Below, piece by piece: positions 49,242-59,412 of a stretch of 64,000 nucleotides of DNA. The DNA is from Verrucomicrobiota bacterium. Its GTDB lineage: Bacteria > Verrucomicrobiota > Verrucomicrobiia > Palsa-1439. Positions within the stretch are counted from its first letter, which is position 1. Each line of letters begins with the position of its first letter. Under the pieces are notes generated by a model that had not been told where the DNA came from, made no database searches, and saw only the letters and a program-made list of their open reading frames with translations. The DNA is taken from the NCBI GenBank assembly GCA_003164675.1, contig PLTX01000059.1, positions 12,428 to 76,427 on the forward strand. The letters run 5' to 3'. The position numbers and the translations under genes were made by a program.

Positions 49242-50690
49242 TCAGGGTATTGCCGCCGTCATGGCGGTTTTGAGAGTACAAGTGAGGGCAAATTTCGTCA
49301 AGCCACCCGCCTCCGTGGCGGAACGTTCCGCCACCACCTTCGAAAACAGATCGCATTTCTCCAGTCGGCTTTGGAAATCGAGCGCCAAGGTTGGTGTCGG
49401 CGCCTGTCCCTTGATGGTGACCGCCTGGTCCTTCTTGTAAACGAACGACGTCAGTTTCACGTTGTCGGGCAGGAGCGTAGCGACCTCGCGCAAGACCTCC
49501 AGGGCCGAAGATTTCATGTCGAGTTGCTTGGACATGGCGAGCAACTCGCTCTGTAATGCTTTCGCCTTTTGAAACTCGGCCTGTCGGGTGTTGATCTCGT
49601 TGTCCACCCGGTACAGGCGCGAATTCCTCAACACCAGAAAACTCAGAAACACCGCCAACGCCGCCGCGTAGACGACCGCCACCGCAATTGCCCCACGAAT
49701 AAGATGTTGGCGGAACGCGGCGGTCTGCCGCTTCAGACGCCATTCGTCCGGCAGCAGGTTCAAGGGGGGCGCTCCGGTGCCCGCACATTCCAGACACAGG
49801 CTGAGTCCGGGCGACGGCACCGCGCCATTCGTCAGGAACGACGTCGCCGTACTCAGTCCACTCGCAACCCGCTCGGCGAGCAATTTTGCCGGTTCATCGT
49901 GGGTGAGGAAGATGACGCTACCCCGGGCGCGCTGGGGCTGGCCGGCTTCGGCGGCAACGAACGTGCGTTGCAGTTCTTCCCGAAGAATCGATTCGGAATC
50001 CGCGCCAAGCACAATGGACCGTACGGCCAGTATCACCCCGTGTGAATAGACAATCACGTCCGCCGTAGCCGGGCCAAGCATCACCAGCACGTTTCGGTTG
50101 TCGTCCGTTGCCAGCAGATTGCGTTTGCCCAACGCGCGGAACATCGCCAGGGCGTCGACCGAGACGATTTCCGCCTGCAGTCCTGCCGTCTCCAGCGCTT
50201 CCACGCGCTCATTCACCGTCGCTTTCCGGGCGATGGCGACCAGCACGCGCGTCTGGCCGTCCACGATGTCCAGCGGCTCGAAACTGTAAACGACCTCCTC
50301 CAGCGGCAGGGGGGTGATGTTGTCGATCTGAAGGTCGAGCATCTGCTTCAATTCCGCAGGGTCGGTCGCCGGCAAACGCAGGATCTGGCAGAGCACGTCT
50401 CCGCAATCCACGGATGTCACAACGTGATGTTCGCCCGGATTGAACTGCTGACGCAGCAACTGGGCGGCGTACTGCCATTGCAACGGCGCATCGGCAGCGG
50501 CTTCCGGCGGAACCGCGCTGGCCGTCGCCTCCTGAACGACAGTGACTTCCGCGCCTTCCAGACGCGCGGTGGTCAGTTCGAGCCGGGAACCGCCAAACGC
50601 CACCGCCGCCCATCCGCGGGCCTGGCCGATGTGCGCCAACTTGCGGGGATTGAGGCTCGGCCTCACAATCCCTCCTTTATCTCTTGCCAC
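49242..50690 (-). CDS. GspL-like / fused PilM-PilN-like assembly platform protein
   Basis: Cytoplasmic actin-like N-terminal domain (about 300 aa), one TM (AIAVAVVYAAALAVFLSFLVL), and a periplasmic coiled-coil domain. Confidence 0.55.
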   Translation of the reverse strand: MARDKGGIVRPSLNPRKLAHIGQARGWAAVAFGGSRLELTTARLEGAEVTVVQEATASAVPPEAAADAPLQWQYAAQLLRQQFNPGEHHVVTSVDCGDVLCQILRLPATDPAELKQMLDLQIDNITPLPLEEVVYSFEPLDIVDGQTRVLVAIARKATVNERVEALETAGLQAEIVSVDALAMFRALGKRNLLATDDNRNVLVMLGPATADVIVYSHGVILAVRSIVLGADSESILREELQRTFVAAEAGQPQRARGSVIFLTHDEPAKLLAERVASGLSTATSFLTNGAVPSPGLSLCLECAGTGAPPLNLLPDEWRLKRQTAAFRQHLIRGAIAVAVVYAAALAVFLSFLVLRNSRLYRVDNEINTRQAEFQKAKALQSELLAMSKQLDMKSSALEVLREVATLLPDNVKLTSFVYKKDQAVTIKGQAPTPTLALDFQSRLEKCDLFSKVVAERSATEAGGLTKFALTCTLKTAMTAAIP

Positions 50691-51682
50691 ATAACGATGT
50701 CAATGGTGCCATTGTCACGGCGCACGGTGGCCTGGATCGTGTGCTTCACGCCGCCGACTTCACCGGTGGATTTGATCGTGAAAAACGAGGATTTCACATC
50801 CACCGCCCCTTGCACCACCGGACTGGTCGCTGCACCAAGGTTGGCGGTTCTCCAAAAGTCACCCGTGTCTTGAAACGGTAAATCATCGTCCGTCCCCGGG
50901 ATGCCGTCGGCGCCGTCTCGTCGGGCCAGCACGGCTTGCACCTGCACGTCATTGAGCCCAAGCCATGCCTGCAGCACGGTGGGTGACGCCGTGTTCACGT
51001 TGACCGTACCCGAGCTCATGGTGGTAAACAGGTCGGCCAGTCCGGGTTGCGCCGGGTCCTTGTCGGTCGCCGGCGTTCCATGAAACAATTCCGGTGTCAC
51101 GCCGCGGATTAGCAGCAACTCCTCCACCCGATCCAGCGGTGCGTTTTTGGCGCGATAGGGCGGCGAAAGGCTCATGTAGTAATCCGTCTTCGCGCCGTTC
51201 AGGCGGTGGAGGTCACCAGCCTCCTTCCAATCGAGAATGGAATCGACAATGATGTCGCCATCCGACGGATCGACGCTGAGCAGACTCATCAACTGCATCA
51301 GTTGCGCTTCGGACTCACTGTTGATCGGCATCTTGGACTCTTCGTCCATGATCTTCACATTGAACACTCCATCACCGAGTTCATGGTTCACATAGAGCTC
51401 TTCGTTGGTTGCCCAGTCCTGATTGAGCGCATCGTACCCGGCGTCCGCAGCCGATTGCTGGTGCAGCAGCAATTGCATCTTCGCCACTTCAATTCCCGAG
51501 CGTGCCAGCATCTCGGCTTTCAGTTCCTTGCGCGCGTAGGAGGCGATCTGCGTCTCGACGTGCATGGTGAAGGCAAACCCGCTAATCAGCAAGGACAATA
51601 CCATGATCACCCACAGGACGATGACGATGGCCACTCCTCGCTGATCTTCGAGGCGACAAGTCTCTGGAGCGCGTCGGCTCAT
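50663..51682 (-). CDS. gspK: Type II secretion system minor pseudopilin GspK
   Basis: N-terminal hydrophobic pseudopilin helix (GVAIVIVLWVIMVLSLL) and GspK-specific helix-hairpin-helix region (VNVNTASPTVLQAWLGL). Confidence 0.8.
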   Translation of the reverse strand: MSRRAPETCRLEDQRGVAIVIVLWVIMVLSLLISGFAFTMHVETQIASYARKELKAEMLARSGIEVAKMQLLLHQQSAADAGYDALNQDWATNEELYVNHELGDGVFNVKIMDEESKMPINSESEAQLMQLMSLLSVDPSDGDIIVDSILDWKEAGDLHRLNGAKTDYYMSLSPPYRAKNAPLDRVEELLLIRGVTPELFHGTPATDKDPAQPGLADLFTTMSSGTVNVNTASPTVLQAWLGLNDVQVQAVLARRDGADGIPGTDDDLPFQDTGDFWRTANLGAATSPVVQGAVDVKSSFFTIKSTGEVGGVKHTIQATVRRDNGTIDIVMWQEIKEGL

Positions 51683-52443
51683 TGCGTCGTCGACGCTCCT
51701 CCCCCGGTCAGGTCGACGGAACGGCGTTGCACCTCATTGGTCGTGTTTTCTGCACTCGTCTGACCGGAAATCCCGCCGGCGGCGACAAACGCGGCCACCG
51801 GAATGTCCACCGCACGCGTGACGACGACGGGTGGGAACCGACCGCCCCGCTCTCCAAAGACCACCGTGTACTCCACGGCCGAGGGTGGGAGGCTGTCTTC
51901 TTCCCATTTGTCGGACCAACTCCCGTCCCGCGGGTCACGGTAACGGACGTAGAACCCGCTGACGTCCATGGAAATCACATGCGCTTGCAGCGGCTCCAAC
52001 GATTTGTCATCGTTCGGGCGCAATGCCGGTTCATTCACCAGGGCCAGGTAGGTGCGCCGATACTGGTCCTGCTCCAGGGAAATGATCACTCGCCGCATCC
52101 CGGCCGAAACGGTTTCGCTCGGCGGAAGGAACGCGTCCGAAGCGGTGACAAAACTGATGCTGTCACCGAGGCCGGGGTTCTTGGTGGCGACAAAGGCGTA
52201 CAGGGCGGCGGATGGCGTAAAGAAGATCGCGGATTGCGTCAGGTCCATCAGTGCATCCATCACGATGCGTTCGCGTTGAAAAGCTTCGCTGACGTCGCTG
52301 CCGCGCCGCCAGGAGTTTAACGCTGCGCTCCACGTGCTGTACACGCACGTGATGAGCATGCCGAGAACGGCAACGGCTAGTAATACCTCCAGCAGCGTGA
52401 AGCCAGCCTGTGTTCGGTGTGAATGGCGGGATGGCATGCTCAT
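51679..52443 (-). CDS. gspJ: Minor pseudopilin, GspJ-like
   Basis: Prepilin-type N-terminus AGFTLLEVLLAVAVLG. Size and position after GspI. Confidence 0.6.
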   Translation of the reverse strand: MSMPSRHSHRTQAGFTLLEVLLAVAVLGMLITCVYSTWSAALNSWRRGSDVSEAFQRERIVMDALMDLTQSAIFFTPSAALYAFVATKNPGLGDSISFVTASDAFLPPSETVSAGMRRVIISLEQDQYRRTYLALVNEPALRPNDDKSLEPLQAHVISMDVSGFYVRYRDPRDGSWSDKWEEDSLPPSAVEYTVVFGERGGRFPPVVVTRAVDIPVAAFVAAGGISGQTSAENTTNEVQRRSVDLTGGGASTTQ

Positions 52444-52847
52444 CGTGTTTTGTCGGGCAGATACCGGTACTCGACGACCGATTCGCTGACCTCTTTTCCA
52501 CGCTCGTACCAATACACGGTGATCGTCTGCTGCCACAGGCCCTCAATGTCCGTGCCTTCAAATCTCCGCGTCCACGAGTAGCCCGGGTAATCATCGAACG
52601 TACCCTGTTGATCGAGAATATCCGTTGGCCGTTCGGCGCGAAACTCGTAACTCTTGTTGGCCAGAAGGATATCGGACACCGCGTAAGTCTGGACAGACCG
52701 CGCGCCGGCCACACAGCGCCCCAGGCCTTCCAGAAGCACAAACCCGCTCATCGCGAGGATGAACACCGCCAGCAGCACCTCCAGCAGGAGGAAGCCGGCT
52801 TTGTCCCGTGTGGGCGTCACAAGGCGACATTGACGGACAGGTTTCAT
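52440..52847 (-). CDS. gspI: Minor pseudopilin, GspI-like
   Basis: Prepilin-type N-terminus AGFLLLEVLLAVFILA. About 135 aa. Confidence 0.6.
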   Translation of the reverse strand: MKPVRQCRLVTPTRDKAGFLLLEVLLAVFILAMSGFVLLEGLGRCVAGARSVQTYAVSDILLANKSYEFRAERPTDILDQQGTFDDYPGYSWTRRFEGTDIEGLWQQTITVYWYERGKEVSESVVEYRYLPDKTR

Positions 52848-53374
52848 AGCTTAATGGGCCACAACATACCCCGGCACGTCACGGGATCGACAATGACTTC
52901 CAAGGCACTCCCCTTCTCGACGCCATGAAGCGTCACGGCAAAGGCATCGCACGTGCCGTTCGGGTAAAAAGTGGCCTCGACCTGGCCCCTGCCTTGGGGC
53001 ATGAGTTCGCCCAATTGGGCGGAGGACAACTCGATGCGGGAGGGCATCGGGATTGACTTGAGAACCTGCGCTTCGCCAGAGGAACTGTCGGCGGTATCGT
53101 TGGTGGTGGCTTGCATCAGCCAGATCGTCTGAAGGTCCATGTCGATGTGGTAGCCCACCTTTTGCTGGTGCAACACGGCATTGAGCTTGGCGAACTCGCA
53201 ACTCGTCGCGATCGTGCGCCCCGTCGCATTCAGTACCTCAGCGTTATAGGAGCGCACGAAACTGGGGGCCGTCACCGCAATGATGATGGCAATGATGAAC
53301 ACCGCGATGCTCAACTCGATCAGCGTGAAACCGCTCTCGCGAAGACGCGTATCATTGCCAGTTGCCAACATCAT
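52844..53374 (-). CDS. gspH: Minor pseudopilin, GspH-like
   Basis: Prepilin-type N-terminus SGFTLIELSIAVFIIAIIIAV. Start ATG at 53374. Confidence 0.6.
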   Translation of the reverse strand: MMLATGNDTRLRESGFTLIELSIAVFIIAIIIAVTAPSFVRSYNAEVLNATGRTIATSCEFAKLNAVLHQQKVGYHIDMDLQTIWLMQATTNDTADSSSGEAQVLKSIPMPSRIELSSAQLGELMPQGRGQVEATFYPNGTCDAFAVTLHGVEKGSALEVIVDPVTCRGMLWPIKL

Positions 53375-53795
53375 CTTCGTTCCCCGCGACGCCATCGGGA
53401 CCGGGCGAGAACAGGTCGTAGCCGGTCGTGTTATGGGTGCCCGGATTCTGGTAAAAGTAATCGTGGTACCATGGATCCTTCCGGATGACCGCTGGCTGCA
53501 GATACGGGCCTTTCCAATTGCCTGGCACCGGCGCGCTGGTTGGCGCCACAATCAACGCTTGCAGCCCCTGCTCGGTGGTGGGCAGTATCCCGTTGTCCAA
53601 ATAATACAAATCGAGCGCGGACGAAAAGTTGTGGATTTGATCTTGGCACGCTGTCTTCTTCGATTCCCCGATCTTGGGAGCCAGATTCACAACGGCTACG
53701 CCGACGAGCATACTGATGATGATCACCACCAGGAGGATTTCCAGCAGCGTGAAGCCCGCCTCCGCGCTACGGTTGTGTTGGGGTCTGTTGTTCAT
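53352..53795 (-). CDS. gspG: Type II secretion system major pseudopilin GspG
   Basis: AGFTLLEILLVVIIISML N-terminus. Canonical GspG motif EQGLQALIVAP...W.GPYL. Confidence 0.9.
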   Translation of the reverse strand: MNNRPQHNRSAEAGFTLLEILLVVIIISMLVGVAVVNLAPKIGESKKTACQDQIHNFSSALDLYYLDNGILPTTEQGLQALIVAPTSAPVPGNWKGPYLQPAVIRKDPWYHDYFYQNPGTHNTTGYDLFSPGPDGVAGNEDDVGNWQ

Positions 53796-53811
53796 TGCTG
53801 TCTCCTCAATC

Positions 53812-55029
53812 TCATTTCCCGATTCCTGACGTGATGGAGAATACCGCCATCAATATGCTCATGACGATACCGCCGACAACAATCGCCATGATAATGATAA
53901 TCACGGGTTCAAGCAACGTCGTGAATATCTTCAGCATCCGCGAGAGTTCCTGCTCGTAGGCATCGGCGATGTTCTTGAGCGCGGGCACCACCGCGCCGCT
54001 CTCTTCCCCGACGGCCAGCATGTCGATCAGTAACGGCGGAAACACCTTGCCCTTGCTGAGCGGCTGGCTGATGCTCGTGCCGTCGGTCACCCGTGTGCGC
54101 GCCTCACGAATCTCGTTGGCGATGACGCGGTTGGTCATGGTGTCTTCGACAATCTGCAGCGCCGTGAGCACGGGCACGCCGTTTTCCAAGAGCGTCGCCA
54201 GGGTCCGCGCGAACTGGGCCAGCGCGTTGGCCATGAGGATGTTCCCGAAGACCGGCAGCCGCAACTTCAAGACATCGATCGCCAGCTTCCCCTCCGGGGT
54301 TCGAGCGCGAATCCGATAGACCGTCACCCCGACGACAACCAAAAGGACCCCGATCCACCAGTAGGACACGAACTTGTCGCTGATCCCGATGAGGATCCGG
54401 GTCGGCAATGGCATGGTGGTACCCATTTCCTTGAACATGGCCGAAAACCGCGGCACCATCACCAGCATGAAAAAAACGATCGTGCAGATGCCGACCGCGA
54501 CGATAATCAACGGATAGATCAGGGCGCCAATAACTTTCTCGCGCACCTCGGCCATTTGCTCCTGATGTTTCCCCAAGCGCAGGAGCACGTCGTCCAGGGA
54601 GCCACTGGCTTCACCCGCCTTGATCAGGTTCACGAAAAATCGGGAGAAAGTTCTGGGGTGTTTTGCCAGTGAATCGGACAGGCTCTCGCCCTGGACGATG
54701 CCGTTGCGCAATTCACTCAAGATGGCCCCCAGGGCCCTCTTCTGTGACCGGCGTTCCAGGGTGCCGAGCGCCTGGCTCAGCGACATCCCGGATTTCAGAA
54801 GGCTGGACAGTTGCTGGGTGAACATGAGCACATCACGGGATTTGACCCGGTTGCGGTACCGGTTGGCCTTGTCCTGGGCCAACTGATCCGCTTCGGCCGA
54901 ATCGACCTCCAGCGGGAAAAAGCCCAGCTTGGTCAACTCGGCCAATGCCGCGCGACGGTCCCCGGCGGCAAGGGACCCGTTCACCAGTTCGCCAGCGCGC
55001 GTCTTGGCTTTGTATTGGAACATCGGCAT
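53812..55029 (-). CDS. gspF: Type II secretion / type IV pilus inner-membrane platform protein (GspF/PilC family)
   Basis: Two tandem GspF domains and 3 TM segments. 405 aa. Confidence 0.9.
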   Translation of the reverse strand: MPMFQYKAKTRAGELVNGSLAAGDRRAALAELTKLGFFPLEVDSAEADQLAQDKANRYRNRVKSRDVLMFTQQLSSLLKSGMSLSQALGTLERRSQKRALGAILSELRNGIVQGESLSDSLAKHPRTFSRFFVNLIKAGEASGSLDDVLLRLGKHQEQMAEVREKVIGALIYPLIIVAVGICTIVFFMLVMVPRFSAMFKEMGTTMPLPTRILIGISDKFVSYWWIGVLLVVVGVTVYRIRARTPEGKLAIDVLKLRLPVFGNILMANALAQFARTLATLLENGVPVLTALQIVEDTMTNRVIANEIREARTRVTDGTSISQPLSKGKVFPPLLIDMLAVGEESGAVVPALKNIADAYEQELSRMLKIFTTLLEPVIIIIMAIVVGGIVMSILMAVFSITSGIGK

Positions 55030-55140
55030 GTGATTGTCCTTAGTTCGACACCGGACAGGATACTTTGTTCCACGCGGTGCTCAATCTCAAAAGCACGAGT
55101 CGCACCACATTCCGCCCCGCATCGGGCGATGGCGATCGAC

Positions 55141-56871
55141 TCACGTGCCGGCCAGTTCTTCATCTTCCTGGGTGACGCGGGCGATTTCTTCCACGGTCGT
55201 CTGCCCCAGACGGACCTTGTCCCAGCCATCATCACGGAGCGTCTTCATCCCCTGGCTGATCGCCATTTGCTTGATGGCGCTGGACGAGGCGCGTTCAATG
55301 ATCAAGGGCCGCAACGCCTCCGACATCACCAGGATTTCGTAGATGGCCGAGCGCCCCTTGAATCCGGTAAACCGGCACTCTTCGCAGCCCCGTCCACGGT
55401 AGAATTTCACCTTCCCGATGTCCTGGGCGGGAAATCCGACTTCGCGGAGAAATTCGAGCCCGGGTTTGTACTCCTCTTTGCACGCCTTGCAATTCGTGCG
55501 AATCAGGCGCTGGGCAATCAGCGCCTCGACCGACGAACTCACCAGAAACGGCTCGATGCCCATATCGATCAATCGCGTGATCGCGCCGGGCGCGTCGTTC
55601 GTGTGGAGGGTGGAGAACACCAGGTGCCCCGTCAGCGCCGCGCGAATGGCGATCTCCGCCGTTTCCAGGTCGCGCACTTCACCGACCATGATCACGTCGG
55701 GGTCTTGCCGCAAAATGTGGCGTAGTCCGCTCGCAAACGTCAGTCCAATTTCCGACTTCACCGAAATCTGGTTGACGCCGGGCAGTTCGTATTCGACGGG
55801 TTCCTCGATGGTGATGATTCGTTGGTCGATTGAATTGATCGTGCTGAGAAACGCGTACAACGACGTGGATTTGCCCGAACCGGTGGGCCCGGTGACGAGG
55901 ATGATTCCGTGCGGCATATCAATCAGTTTGCGGATGATCTTTTCCTCGTCTTTGTTCAGGCCCAAACTCTCGAGCCCGAGAAAGATGCTGCTGCGCGTCA
56001 GCAACCGCAAGCTGACGCTTTCCCCATACGCCGTCGGGATGGTCGAGACACGCACGTCGATTTCTGCGCCGCTGCTGCGGACGTTGATGCGCCCGTCCTG
56101 CGGGAGGCGGCGTTCGGCAATGTCCATGTTGGACATGACCTTGATGCGGGAAATGATCGCGGCCTGGAACCGCTTCAGGTGCGGCGGCACGGGCGTCTGG
56201 TGCAGCACGCCATCCACGCGATAGCGGATCCGCAGGTCATTCTCCATCGGTTCCATGTGAATGTCCGTCGCCCGCTCCTTGTACGCCTCGCCGATGATCT
56301 GGTTCACAAACTTGACGACGCTCGCCTCCTGGTCGCCGCTTTCCAAATCGTCCTTCGTCACCTCGGCGATGTCATCGATGTCCAGCACGTTCTTCTGCAA
56401 CAATTCGTCCAGTGTCTCCGCGCCGACGCCGTAATAGCGTTTCAAGGCCTTGGCAATGTCGGCTTGCGTGCAGAGCGCCAACTGGACGCGCGATTTCGTC
56501 ACGAGCCGGACGGCTTCGAGCATGGTGATATCGAACGGATCATTGGCAGCCACCAGTAACGTCCCGTTCTCGGCGCGCATCGGCATGACGTTGTGCTGGA
56601 ACACCACTTTGGTCGGGACCTTCTGGCGCGCCACCGCATCGATCTCTTTGTCGGTGATCCGCGTGAACGGCAGATGCAGCGCCTGGGCCAGGCTTTGGAG
56701 CAGTTTTTCTTCGGGGGCAACTCCCGATTTCACCAGCGTTGTGATCAGCGGTTGCGCAGCGGATTGCGGGGCCGAGAGCGCCTCGGAAATCTGCTTGTCC
56801 GTAAAAAGTCCCGTCTGCTGAAGCAGTTGCCGCAGATCCACCGGTATTGTATCGACAGTCGCTGCCATCAC
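55141..56871 (-). CDS. gspE: Type II secretion / type IV pilus assembly ATPase (GspE/PilB family)
   Basis: N1/N2 domains, Walker A GPTGSGKST, Asp box, Walker B, His box, tetracysteine motif CKAC...CEEC. Confidence 0.95.
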   Translation of the reverse strand: MMAATVDTIPVDLRQLLQQTGLFTDKQISEALSAPQSAAQPLITTLVKSGVAPEEKLLQSLAQALHLPFTRITDKEIDAVARQKVPTKVVFQHNVMPMRAENGTLLVAANDPFDITMLEAVRLVTKSRVQLALCTQADIAKALKRYYGVGAETLDELLQKNVLDIDDIAEVTKDDLESGDQEASVVKFVNQIIGEAYKERATDIHMEPMENDLRIRYRVDGVLHQTPVPPHLKRFQAAIISRIKVMSNMDIAERRLPQDGRINVRSSGAEIDVRVSTIPTAYGESVSLRLLTRSSIFLGLESLGLNKDEEKIIRKLIDMPHGIILVTGPTGSGKSTSLYAFLSTINSIDQRIITIEEPVEYELPGVNQISVKSEIGLTFASGLRHILRQDPDVIMVGEVRDLETAEIAIRAALTGHLVFSTLHTNDAPGAITRLIDMGIEPFLVSSSVEALIAQRLIRTNCKACKEEYKPGLEFLREVGFPAQDIGKVKFYRGRGCEECRFTGFKGRSAIYEILVMSEALRPLIIERASSSAIKQMAISQGMKTLRDDGWDKVRLGQTTVEEIARVTQEDEELAGT

Positions 56872-57126
56872 GTTTTCACCGCTACGATATGGGACACCAC
56901 AATCCTTGTCAATGTCACAAGGAATCTGCGACTTTTAGAAAAAAGATGGTCGGGTTGCCCCGTCCCGCGTCATCGACTGAAAACCTGCTAGGGTAAGAGT
57001 GCAGCCGTGAGTCAGTTCACCGAGTCGTGAACGCGGCTCGTCGCGAGTGCTCCTCGCCACGAGCGGCTTCGGTGTTGCTGTTTGGTTGCCGTTCCGTCAC
57101 TCGCGGCTGCGCTCCTCCAATCATGT

Positions 57127-59412
57127 TCATGGCAGCAGCACGCGGACCCGGTAGTACCGTGGCGGGGTGTTGGTCGCGCCGCCGCTGTCGAGCATGTTGG
57201 TCACGATGCCGGTTCCGGTCCCGCCGCCGAGGATGTTGGTGGCGCCAGCGGAGGGCACGGGCAGGAAGGTCCCGTTGTAACTGCCGTCGGCGGCACCGGT
57301 GGAGTATTCCAGTATGTTGGTCCGCAATGCGATGCCCGGCATCCAATTGGTGTCGCCATTGGCCCCCAGATAAATCACGTTAATGTCCGTGGTGTTCGTC
57401 GTGGCGATGCTGATGATGTGCAGGTACGCCGCCGGGTTGGTGGGATTGAAGCCCACCAGGAATTTGTTGGTGTTGCTCATGCCGGTGCCGTCGGCATCGG
57501 CTTCCGGCGCGCCATTGGGGCTGGTGGTGTAGCCGAAGTAGAACTGCCGCCAGCATGCATACGCGTCGATAGGGATGGTGTAATCCGCCACCACGGGCAG
57601 GTGATCGGTGGTGTTCGTAAGGTCCAAATACAGTGTCGTGGCGGGGAGGTTGAACCGATTGGTCAGAATCGGGTCAAGATCGTTCAGTGCGGTATTGCCA
57701 TTGGCAGTCACGGAGCTACCATACGGCAGCGAGGCATTGTTGCCGAACGTGTGGAAGGTTCCCGGAACGTACTGCAAGCCCCCCGCCACGTCGTAATACA
57801 CATTGCTCGTCATCACCTGAAGATCGTCCCGGTACAGAAGATTACCGGCCGACTCGCTTAGCATGAACAAGATCGCGGGATTGGTCGTAGGGTCGCTCCA
57901 GTCGATGTTGGTCGCCGCGGATGTGTATGGCCCCCAATCAATGTTGAGAGGATCGACTCCCTGGCCCTGCCTTACGCCGTCAGGGGCACTGTTGGAGCAG
58001 ATGGTCTGGTACGCTGGTTCACTGCTGTTGTCGTCGGGGTTGTAATCGCCGACGTAGAGCACCCGGGCATTGGCGGGACAGTTGGTCGATTCGTCATTGC
58101 GGATGATCGTGGCTTCGACGAGTCGAGAGGCTGCGGGGCCGGCACCCGGACTCGCCGAGTAGTGGCTCACGTAGATGTAAAACTCATTATTCGTCGTCGG
58201 CGTGACACCGGCTGGCGCGAACTCGTATCGCATTACCTCTCGAGGCGTGCCGCCCGGGTCCACCGGGACGGAGGCCAGGAGTTGCACGGTGTTGGTGTTG
58301 TACACGAGGGCATTGGGCCCGCCTCCCGTGGCGGGGCGGGTGGACAAAGCTTGGTAGGGGCTCATCGCATAACCGGCCGGAATGCCATAGTATGCGTAGA
58401 AGGCATTCAACCCGTCGACGATCGGCTGGACCGTGTTGGTGTTGCTGGTCGTCTCCTGCAACGCGAGAATGTCGATTGGCTGAGCCGGGTCGCCATTCAC
58501 AATCTCTTCACCAATTCCTTCGAGCACGCCGCCGCTGGTCAGATTTGAGCTGGTGTAGGGGATTGTGCTGTCGTAAGGAGCAATCAACCCGGGTTGCGGA
58601 AGGGCGTACTGAGCACCGGCCTGGCTCTGATCGGCATTAATGTTGTACGTAACAATGCGGATCGTTCGGGTACCGACCAATCCGGGAGCCGAAGGGACGG
58701 GAACCGCGGTAAACGCGAGCGGGACTATCTCGACGGGCAAACCTGGATACACCTCCACATACCCGGTGACGTTGACCGGTCCGGTCGGAATGGCGGTGCC
58801 AATCATCGCTCCATCAACTGAATCAACCGTCACCCAGAAATACATTATCATGATGTTGCCGCCGCCGTCTTTGACGTAGTAAGTCGTGTTGCTATTCGGG
58901 AAGTTACCCGATGCAGGAATGGTGGTGGCTGAATCCGTGTAAATCGTGACGTTCTGCACCTGCAGCACGTAGCCCGCCTGGTTTTGAGGAATCGTGGTCG
59001 ACGCGGTCAATTGCGGAATCGTGAAGACGGGAGGTGTGGGCACCGAATTCCCCGTGGAAACCTGAGTGAGGCTGCTCATCGAGCCAATCTCCGGAATCTG
59101 GTGATATGGAGAATACGTACCGGCTGCGTTTACAGCATCCCCCACGGCTGGGGTGTAGCTACCGGGTAGGGGGCCGTGGAGGTCAATTGCCCCTGACGAA
59201 TCCTGAACAAGAATCTCCCAATTGTTGTAGGTATACCCATTAACCGTAAAGCCGCCACCCTGAGACGCGATGGCGGTGACAACGGGACTGGAGTCGAGGC
59301 TGACGGCAGTGCCGGTGGAATACCCTTCGATGGTGGCAATATGGTCGGCCCCGGCGTTCGCTCCGAACAAAACCACGGCTGATGCAATAACACCAACTCC
59401 AAACTTGTTCAT
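57127..59412 (-). CDS. Large secreted endonuclease/exonuclease/phosphatase (EEP) family protein. First gene of the secretion operon and a candidate cargo
   Basis: Signal peptide. EEP catalytic motifs (IVTYNINADQ, DILALQET, ...DHLPVVADY). N-terminal beta-rich domain. About 150-aa C-terminal domain of unknown function. Confidence 0.75.
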   Translation of the reverse strand: MNKFGVGVIASAVVLFGANAGADHIATIEGYSTGTAVSLDSSPVVTAIASQGGGFTVNGYTYNNWEILVQDSSGAIDLHGPLPGSYTPAVGDAVNAAGTYSPYHQIPEIGSMSSLTQVSTGNSVPTPPVFTIPQLTASTTIPQNQAGYVLQVQNVTIYTDSATTIPASGNFPNSNTTYYVKDGGGNIMIMYFWVTVDSVDGAMIGTAIPTGPVNVTGYVEVYPGLPVEIVPLAFTAVPVPSAPGLVGTRTIRIVTYNINADQSQAGAQYALPQPGLIAPYDSTIPYTSSNLTSGGVLEGIGEEIVNGDPAQPIDILALQETTSNTNTVQPIVDGLNAFYAYYGIPAGYAMSPYQALSTRPATGGGPNALVYNTNTVQLLASVPVDPGGTPREVMRYEFAPAGVTPTTNNEFYIYVSHYSASPGAGPAASRLVEATIIRNDESTNCPANARVLYVGDYNPDDNSSEPAYQTICSNSAPDGVRQGQGVDPLNIDWGPYTSAATNIDWSDPTTNPAILFMLSESAGNLLYRDDLQVMTSNVYYDVAGGLQYVPGTFHTFGNNASLPYGSSVTANGNTALNDLDPILTNRFNLPATTLYLDLTNTTDHLPVVADYTIPIDAYACWRQFYFGYTTSPNGAPEADADGTGMSNTNKFLVGFNPTNPAAYLHIISIATTNTTDINVIYLGANGDTNWMPGIALRTNILEYSTGAADGSYNGTFLPVPSAGATNILGGGTGTGIVTNMLDSGGATNTPPRYYRVRVLLP

